64,000 nt of DNA from Candidatus Latescibacterota bacterium (lineage in GTDB: Bacteria; Latescibacterota; UBA2968; GCA-2709665): the NCBI GenBank assembly GCA_965222075.1, contig OZ244937.1:2016001-2080000 (forward strand), given 5' to 3'. The notes under the pieces are model-generated. The model saw only the letters and a list, made by a program, of their open reading frames with translations. It had not been told where the DNA came from and ran no database searches. Positions 19,701 to 28,500 of this stretch are shown here, in pieces; positions within the stretch are counted from its first letter, which is position 1; each line of letters starts with the position of its first letter. The position numbers and the translations under genes are program-made.

Positions 19701-22579
19701 GTGTGAACGTAGGACGGCTTGCCGTCCAGGCGGGATCGCAGGTCGTAGCCCGTGATGGGCGTGCCGCCGCTATTCTCCGGCGCCGTCCAACGGATGACCA
19801 GGTAGGCGGGCCGTGGGGACGTCAGGGTCGGTGGATCCGGTTTCCCCGGCGGTTCGCTCTCGTTGGTGACGGTGACAGTGATCGTCTGCTCGGCGGTCAG
19901 CGCGCGGCCTCCCTCGCCGCCGATTACCGTGACCACGACGATGTATGTGTTGTTCCTTCCGTCGTCCGTGGGATTCTCGAAGTTGGTGGCATCCTTGAAG
20001 GTCAGCACGCCCCCGCTATTGATCTCAAGCAGGTCACGGTCAGCACCGCCGGTGACCTCGTAGCCGGTGATGCCGTCGTTCCTGTCGACGTCGGTGGCGG
20101 TCACCCGGCCGACGGACTGCTCGTTTTCATCGACCTTAAAGGCATCGTCGCTGGTGAAATGAGGCGGCTCGTTCACGTCGGTAACGGTAACGGTGATCGT
20201 CTGTGCTGCGGTCAGGGCCCGGCCTCCCGCGCCGCCGGTGGCCGTGACCGCGACGCTGTACTGGTTGTTCCTTCCGGAGTCCTTGGGATCCTCGAAGTCG
20301 GGGGCATCTTTGAAGGTCAACGCGCCTCCGCTGTCGATCTCGAACAGGTTCTGGTCCGACCCGCCGGTGATGGTGTAATTCGTGATATCGTCGGCACTAT
20401 CCTCATCACGGACGACCACTGCGCCAACTGTCGTGCCATTTTCTACCGTCTCGAAGGTCGCGTCGCTGGTGAACGAGGGCGGCTCGTTGACGTCGTTCAG
20501 GTTGATCAACACGCGGATGGTGCGCTCACCGCTGTGCCCGTCGGTTGCTTTGATACGCAGAACGTAGCGGGACTTCGCCTCGTAGTTGTAGGTCTGATCC
20601 GATTTGGTCCGAACTTGACCGCTGCGCGTGTCGATGGTGAAGGCATCTGCGTCTGTGCCTTCCAGGCTGTAGGTCAGCGTCGTGTTCTCGGGATCGGTTG
20701 CGCTTACCGGATCGCCGATGTTCTGCGCGCCCGTGGTGTTCTCGTCGAGGCTGCGCGTGGCGCTCGACCCGTCGGTGAAGACCGGCAGCTCATTGGCGCT
20801 GGTGCTTCCCGTGCCCGACGGCGACCAGTCGCTCGCGCCCTCGGCGTTGCGCGCGCGCACCTGCGCCTCATAGCTCGTTCCCGGGGTCAGGTTGGTGATG
20901 GTCGCGGTCAGGTTCACGCTGTTGTGTGTATAGGAGGTAAAGCCGCCGCTGTCCCCTTCGCGGTATTGGATGTCGTAGTCGTTGATGTCGGGGCCGGTGT
21001 TGGCCGGCTCGGTCCAGGTCACCGTCAGGCTGGTGGAAGAGGCCGCTGAGACGCTGGGTGCTGCCGGGGTCTCGGGCGGTTCCTGTTGGTCTATCAGATT
21101 GATGGTCACCTCGATGGTGTTGCTACCGCCCTGATCGTCTTCTACGCGAACCGTTACCTCGTAGCTGTTCTTCTCTTCGTAGTCGTAGGTTTCGCTCGCT
21201 CTGGTTTGTAGCTGGTTGCCGTCGAGAGCGAAGGACGCCCGGTCCGTGCCTTCGAGACGGTAGGTCAGTGTCCCTCCGTCGCCGTCGGTGGCGGTTACCG
21301 GATTGCCGACGTCCTGCGTGCCCGTCGTGTTCTCCGCCAACCTGCGGGTGGTGCTCGATCCTTCGGTGAAGGTGGGGGCCTGGTTGGCGACGGTTCTCAC
21401 ATCTGCTGATTGGGACCACTGGCTCTCGCCTTCGGGACTACGTGCTAACACCTGCACCTGGTAGAGCGTGTTGGCTTTCAAGCCGGTGATGGTCGTGCTC
21501 CTGCCGGGGCCATTGTGTTGCCAGTCGGTGAACGTGCCGCCGGTTTCCCTGTACTGAATGTCGTAGTCGTTGATGGCAGGACCGGTGTTGATGGGAGCTG
21601 TCCAGCGTATGGATAGGCTACTCAGCGTCGAGGCAGTGACTGCCGGCTTGTCGGGTCTTTCTGGTCGTTCGTTATCGTCATCGGTCACTTCTATCGTCAC
21701 TGTGATGGTCGCCCGCCCGCTATGCTCGTCCTGTGCCTCTACCCTGACCGTATAGCGATCCTTCGTTTCGTAGTCGTAGGTGACGCTCGTCCCGGTCTGC
21801 AGTTGACCGGTGTTCGGGTCGATGGCAAAACTCTCCGTATCCCCGCTGGCGAGGCGGTAACTCACCGTGCTACCCTCGGGATCGGTCGCTCTTACCGGAT
21901 CGCCGACGTCCTGGACGCCTGTCGTGTTCTCGACCAGGCTGCGCGTGGGCGCGGACTCGTCGAATGCCGGCGGCTGGTTGGCACTGGTCGTGCCATAGCC
22001 CGAGGGAGACCATGCACCCGTGCCTTCGTCATTGGTCGCCCGCACCTGCACCTCGTAGCGCGTGTTCACCTTCAGGTCCGCAATCGTCGTGGTCGTGCCC
22101 GTGTTGTGTTGCCAGGGGAGGAAGCTGCCACTACCTGTCCGATATTGCACGTCGTAGTCGTCGATATCAGGACCGGTGTTGACAGGAGCCGTCCACGTCA
22201 CCGTCAGGCTGGTGGATGAGGCCGGCTGCACCTGCGGCCTGTCCGGCGCCTCGGGCGGTTCGTCCACGTCGGCCACATGGATCGTCACGGCAATGGTGGC
22301 ATTGCCGCCGTGACCGTCGTCTGCGGTTATTGTCACCGAATAGCGATTCTTTGTCGCTTCGTGGTCGTAGGTGACGCCCGATAGGGTGCGCAACTGACCG
22401 TTACCTGCGTTGATAGCGAATGAACCGGCATCGTCCCCGCTGAGGCGATAGGTCAGGCTGTGACGGTCGGCATCGGTGGCGCGGACCGGATGCTGGATGT
22501 TTTGACCTGCCGCCGTGTTCTCGGCTACGGTGCGGTTGGTGCCTGGACCGTCGTCGAAGGTCGGAGCATTATTCTGACC

Positions 22580-22648
22580 CGGCGGAGGAGGTGGAGGCGG
22601 TGGAGGCGGTGGCGGCGGCGGAGGTGGAGGCGGTGGTGGAGGCGGTGG
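22580..22648 (-). repeat. Polyproline linker (23 consecutive Pro codons)
   Basis: Run of 23 mixed CCN codons. Confidence 0.95.
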
Positions 22649-24178
22649 TGATGTCACGACGACCCTGAAGGTGGTTTCCACACGGTTGCCCTGCGCATCA
22701 ATCGCGGTGAGGGTGATGGTCGCACGACCTGGCCTGTTAGAGGTGATCCTCACCACCGAACCTGAAACACTCACCGCTGCCACATTGGGTTTGGACGAGG
22801 ACACCTCATATTTCAAGGTGGCCTCAGAACGGAAGAGGCCAGACACATCCACAGCCTCCTCACTCCCTTCCGGATTTAGTGTCTGCGTGTCTATTGAACC
22901 AACGACCTCTATGGGCTTCACGAACAGGCGCAGCGGACCGCCCACACCCGTCCGGATACCCTGATAGCCTTCCGGCGCCTCAGACACAGACTCCAGGCTT
23001 ACACAGTCACATTGTCCCCACGCTGCGTCACGGTGATGGGCGTGCTCCTGGTGCTGCCCGCTTCTATGGTGGCCTCGCTGTGCGACAGGCGCCCACCCGT
23101 GACGGACAGACGCACACCCATCTTGAACGGCGCACCCTCGGGAAGGGTGACCCTCACCCTCGCCGGACCGGGTGCAAACACATCCGGCGTATCTGTCCGT
23201 TTCAGTGCCAGCATAAGCGGGAAGGGCGCGCCCGGGTTGTGGTCCAACCACAGCCGTTGCAAACCGGACAATTCGGAGAACACACCCGAAGGCAGCGTGT
23301 GCAACTTGTTCACATAAAGCAACAGGATCTGCAGGTCGGACAGGTCGGAGAACACGCCTCCGGGCAACACGGTCAAAGCATTGCCCCCCAGGTCCAGCCG
23401 TTGCAGGTTGGACAATTTGGAGAACACGCCTCCGGGCAGGCTGCTCAGAGCATTGGCGCCAAGCTGGAGGTCCTGTAAGCTGTCCAGACCGGAGAAGATA
23501 GCTTTGGGCAATGCGGTCAGACTGTTGCTGCCCAAACGCAGGACGCTCAGGTTGGACAGACCGGCAAAATCACCCGCCTTCAAAGCCGTGATCTCCTGCT
23601 TTCTCAAATACAGGGTATCCCTGATCGTGCTCAAGTGCGCCTCTGTGACCAGCGCGCAGTCGGTGATCTCCGGAATCAGGGATAAGAGCACGTCGCGCAC
23701 CTGTGGGGTGCGCCCGCAGATCCCCGGCGCGGTCAGCAGCACGGTTACGGCAATCTCCTGCGTGGCACTCCAGCGGTCATCACTAACTGTGACGGTGATG
23801 GCTGCACGCCCCACAGCCACAGGGCGGATGGTCACGATGGAATCAGACACACTCACCGTCGCAACCGCGTCATCGGACGATGCTGCCGTGTAGGTCAGCG
23901 CCTGACGGCCCGGATGGGTGAACGCGCTTGCCGCATTCACGCGAACGTCGCCATCGCCCAGGATCAGGGTCTGCGCAGGAATAACGCCCACAGGCACCGG
24001 CCCTCCCACAGGTGTGCCGGAAACAGGGGCTGACCATGCACTGGCCCCCTCCTCGTTGAGCGTGCGCACACGCACCTGATACACCTGGTCGTTGGTCAGC
24101 CCCGTCAGCGTGATACTCGTATCGGCGCCACTGCTCAGGGTCTGCCCACTCCCCCATTCACCGCTATCCACAGTCCGG

Positions 24179-24265
24179 CCTGTCTGCGTGCCACGCACAG
24201 GCAGGCCTGCCTGCCCGCCTGCGCGCTGCGCGCGGGCAGGCGCCGAGTCCTGCGCGGCAGGCAGG
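24179..24265. mobile_element. Cluster of three mini-palindromic insertions (27 bp, plus 33 bp with a 27 bp element nested inside), 87 bp in frame
   Basis: Removing 24179-24265 gives YEVARRTVDSGEW, exactly collinear with paralog YEVTHLPGDSGEW. Confidence 0.85.
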
Positions 24266-25424
24266 CGCGCCACCTCATACCCGCTCACCGGGGGCTTGCC
24301 CACTTCGTCGGGCGCCGCATCCCAACGCACTGTCAATGCGGTGTCGCGCGGCGCGACCACCACACCCGGGGGCGGCGCAGCAGGCGGCTCGTCCACGTCG
24401 GTGACGGTGATGCCGACGACGACGCTGGCGCGGCCCCCCTCGCCGTCGCTGACGCGTGCGATCACTGAGTAGCTGCTTTGCGCCTCAAAATCATACGTCC
24501 CCTGTGTCCGTATCTGCCCCGTGCCCGCGTCAATGGCAAAACTGTCCGCATCCGCGCCACGCAGACGGTACGCGAGGGTATTGCCATCCGCATCGGTGCC
24601 GGAGACGGGGGTGCCGATATTTTGTCCCGCCGGAGTGTTCTCAGCGATGGAACGCGTCACCAGCGTCGAGGTGAACACCGGCACGCGGTTCACCGTATTG
24701 CCAAAGCTTCGGGCAAAGATCTCAAAGTCGTCAAACCCGACCCTGCCATCGCTGTTCAGGTCGTACTTTCCCCCATACTGCTCATCACCCTCCTGATACC
24801 CGAACGCGCCGGCAAACAGCACAAAGTCCGCAAAATCCACCAGCCCGCTCCCGTCGAAGTCCGGAGAAGGGGGCGCGGCGACCTGTAAGGCAACGCTGAG
24901 GGATAGCGTCACCGCCCCGGTTTGTTCACCCCGGCCCAGTTCAGCGCCCATCAGCCGAATCTCCGTCTCCAAAAACACATCCGTGGTGCGAAATCGCACC
25001 GTGCCGATCAGACCTGTATTCACCGTAGACCCACTCAGGGACGCGATACCGATCCGAACAGAAATCGAGTCCTGCTCTACAAGGACCTGTGCATCGGGCA
25101 GCACGTCGCCCGCATCAAACCCCTCGTACACAACCTGAGTCGAATCGTATTCAATGCGCGCGGAAAGACTGCTCGCACCTTGAATATCACTGCCAAAAAT
25201 CTGAATGGAAACCACCTGGTCGGGAGACACGTCGAGCGAGGAAACGCCCTGGTCGCCAGCGGCATCGTCAAGGTCCAGCGCGAGCGAAAAGCCGGACGGC
25301 TGCGTCGACGGCGACCACGGGGAAATGAACAGCAAAAGGCTCAGTAAACTGATGGCGCCGAGTGCGAGGGGAAAAATTCCAGAGTGGATTTTCATCTGTC
25401 AATACCTGGTTCAGCCTTTATAGC

Positions 25425-25453
25425 GTAGCGGGCGACCGGCCGGTCGCCCCTAC
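25425..25453. repeat. GTAG-type REP palindrome
   Basis: GTAGCGGGCGACCGGCCGGTCGCCCCTAC. Confidence 0.7.
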
Positions 25454-25512
25454 ACGGAGACGTCCGCTTCGCGGCGTGCCCTTCGCAGCGCCGGTCTCTC
25501 TCACAGCCGGAA

Positions 25513-28500
25513 TCACTCATCGACCTGGGTGCCGAAAACCCAGGGACGCGCCTGCTTGATCGCCAGGACGTCGTCGCTGGTGATCTTGAACTCGATCTCC
25601 ATGGCGAACGGTTCATCGGCTGCGGGGTCGTACAGCTCCTCGAACTCCTCGTGGATCACCTCGAGACGTTCTCTCAACTGGCGCATTTGGTCACGGCTCA
25701 TGAGGAGTTGCCCGGGCGGCACCTGGTTGGAGGTCCCAAGGATGATGTAGGGAGGTAGGAAAGGCGGGTTCAACAGGACTTCCTCCGGCACCGAGTGCGC
25801 GTCGGGATTGGTGACCAGATCCTCGCCGACCTGCGTGTTGACGTAGTAGCGCCCGTCACCGCCGTAGATGGGGTCGAAGCTGACGGCCACGCCGTTGGCC
25901 AGTTCGTCCCTGTAGCTGGGATGCACCAGGATGCCCATCGCCGCCGCCATGTGATCGATGCGATGGAAGTCGCGTTCGACGAAGGCGCGGAAGTTCCACA
26001 GGCTGGCGTACACTTCCTTGAGGGACTTGGCGAGATCCTTCTCGTCCTCGCTCGGCTTCTGGCTCTTGGAATCATACAGCCCCGCGCCGTTGAAGCCCGG
26101 CAGGTCCTCGTTGTTGGTGCTGGACCGGTAGCGGCGGTTGATCCCTGCGGAGAAAGACTCATTCATTGTCTCGATTGCCGAGATGATCCAATCCGGCGTC
26201 TCCGCGTCTTCGATGGCCTTGCGCAGCTTCTTGAGTGAGTCCGCCTGGGCTTCGAAGTCCGTCTGGAAAGCTTCGTCGGCCAGCATGGTTTCAATGCGGG
26301 TGTAGAACCCGTTGTGCTTCATGAACTCGTCGTAGAAGTAGAACGGGATCGCGAAGCCGTCGGGCACCGTCCCCTCCGGAAACCCCAGCGTCCCCAGCAC
26401 CGCCACGTTGGCCGCCTTGACGCCGAACGCGTCCCAGTCATCGAAGCCGATCTCACTGAGCGGCGTGATCTCCGTGACCTCGAGGTCCCGTTGCGGCGTC
26501 TGCGTTGTGGCGGGTCGGGACGATTCGTAGTGGGCATCGACCTCCGCGCGGGTGGCTGCCCGGATCGAGTATCCGTCCCCGGTCACCGTGTAGTGGACGT
26601 GGCTGCCGATGAGAGCATCGATGTCGTTCTTGTCGAGGGCGCCGCGGATGAAGGCGTTGGGAATGCCGTCCTGCACGGCGCGCAGGTTGACATGCGAGAG
26701 CGCCGTCTGGGGCACGGTGGAGATGATGCCGGCGACGCGGGGCAGCTCGTTGGGCAGCGCCTCGTAGATCACGATGTCGCGCGGGTGAGGCCGCTCGTCC
26801 GGGTCCATGACCCGCAGCAGGCCGTACCCCTCCCCCGGGTTCAACGCCAGAAAACTGGTTTCGTCGAGGAACTCATCGTCGAACACGAGGTTGATTCGGG
26901 ACTCCCTGTACAATGGCAAGTCGGATTGGGAATGCACAAGAGCGTCGTTCGATATGTAGAACGCCAGGTCGTCCTCAAGCAGCGGCATGCTGGCGGCAAG
27001 CAGCGTATGGGCGCGCGCCACGACGCTGAAGGAGTACGGATGCTGGCGATAGCTCCACCAGTAGCAGTAGACTCCCGGACTGCCATCGGGGGCAACGAGA
27101 TTCCCACGACGCATGAGACTGCCTTCGATCATCCCCTCCTGTCCCAGCTCGATGCCGATGGCCTCCAGGAACTCTTCATGAATCAAGGTGGTTCTGGTGT
27201 TCATGAAGTAGAGACGCGGGCTGTCGGTGTGCATGCCGAGCAGAACGAACTTGAGGTAGTACCCGCTAAAGGAGATCGCCTTGAATGTTTCCAGATCGGG
27301 AATGGCCAGTGCGCCGGTGGTGAATTCCACGGCCGCGGCAGGGTTGACCGGGTTCATGTCCACCGTGTCGAGTTCGGTGAGGTCGTCAATGCAGTCGCCG
27401 TCGACGTCGGCCGGGTCGGTGACGAGGTACTTCTCCACCCGGTAGCGCTCCCTGGGCAGGGCCGCCACGTTCTCGGCCAGCGTGGTCGTGCCCGCTTCGC
27501 CGCGCTTGACCAGGACCGGCGTCTCTACCGTCGCGCCATCCACGTCGTGCCGGACGTAGAGCACGAAGTACCAGTCGGTCGTGGACGCGACCACGATGGG
27601 CACCGCCGTCACTTCCACTTCCACCGGCGTCGGGGCGTCGGCGCCTTCTGTACAGATCCCCCCCACGCCCGAGGACGACCACTCGCCCGTGCCTTCGTCG
27701 TTGGTTGCCCGCACCTGCACCTCGTAACGGGTGTTGACCTCCAGGTTTGTGATGGTTGTCGTCGTGCCGGCGTCGTGCGGCCAGGGGAGGAAGCTGCCGC
27801 TGCCCGCACGATATTGCACGTCGTAGTCCTCGATGTCAGGACCCGTGTTTGTCGGTTCGGTCCAGGTTACGGTCAGGCTGGTGGACGAAGCTGCCTCGAC
27901 CCTCGGGGCAGACGGCCTCCCGGGCGGTTCCTCGACGTCGGCCACGTGGATGGTGACGTCAATCGTGGCCGTGCCGCCGTTGCGGTCGTCGGCTTCCACC
28001 ATCACCAAATAACTATTCTTTGTCGCTTCGTAGTCATAGGTGACGCCCGATCGGGTGCGAAGCTGACCGTTGCCTGCGTTGATGGCGAATGAATCGGCAT
28101 CGGCCCCGTTCAATCGGTAGGTCAGCCGGTGTCCGTCCTCATCGGTGGCGCGGACCGGATGCTGGATGTTCTGGTTCGCCTCGGTGTTCTCGGCCACGGT
28201 GCGGGTGGCGCTCGGGCCCTCGTCGAAGGTCGGGGCCTGATTGGGACCCGGCGGTGGAGGCGGCGGACGTGGAGGCGGCGGAGGCGGCGGAGGCGGCGGG
28301 GGCGGCGGCGGGGGTGATGTCACGACGACCCTGAAGGTAGTTTCTACACGGTTGCCCTGCGCATCAATCGCGGTGATGGTGATGGTCGCACGACCCGGCC
28401 TGTTGGAGGTAATCCTCACCACCGAACCCGAAATGCTCACCGATGCCACATTGGGTTTTGACGACGACACCTCATACGTCAAGGTGGCTTCAGCACGGAA

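Larger units (their letters stand above)
16826..25395 (-). pseudogene. Giant secreted protein (about 2850 aa if joined): cohesin, dockerin/EF-hand, cadherin, FN3, LRR, polyPro, more cadherin/FN3 repeats, C-terminal M8/leishmanolysin-like zinc protease; single-base frameshift near 23001
   Basis: ORFs 22999-25395 and 16826-~23000 join if one G is restored (paralog GTG GTA AGC vs GTG TAA GC here); HEMAHALGF plus HWRESVLGDELMT (third His and Met-turn). Confidence 0.85.

Noticed and set aside
18203-21049. 948-aa plus-strand ORF and similar long antisense ORFs (26314-28092, 11350-12684, 47178-48500)
   Set aside because: Shadows of GC-rich genes on the opposite strand with no recognisable motifs.
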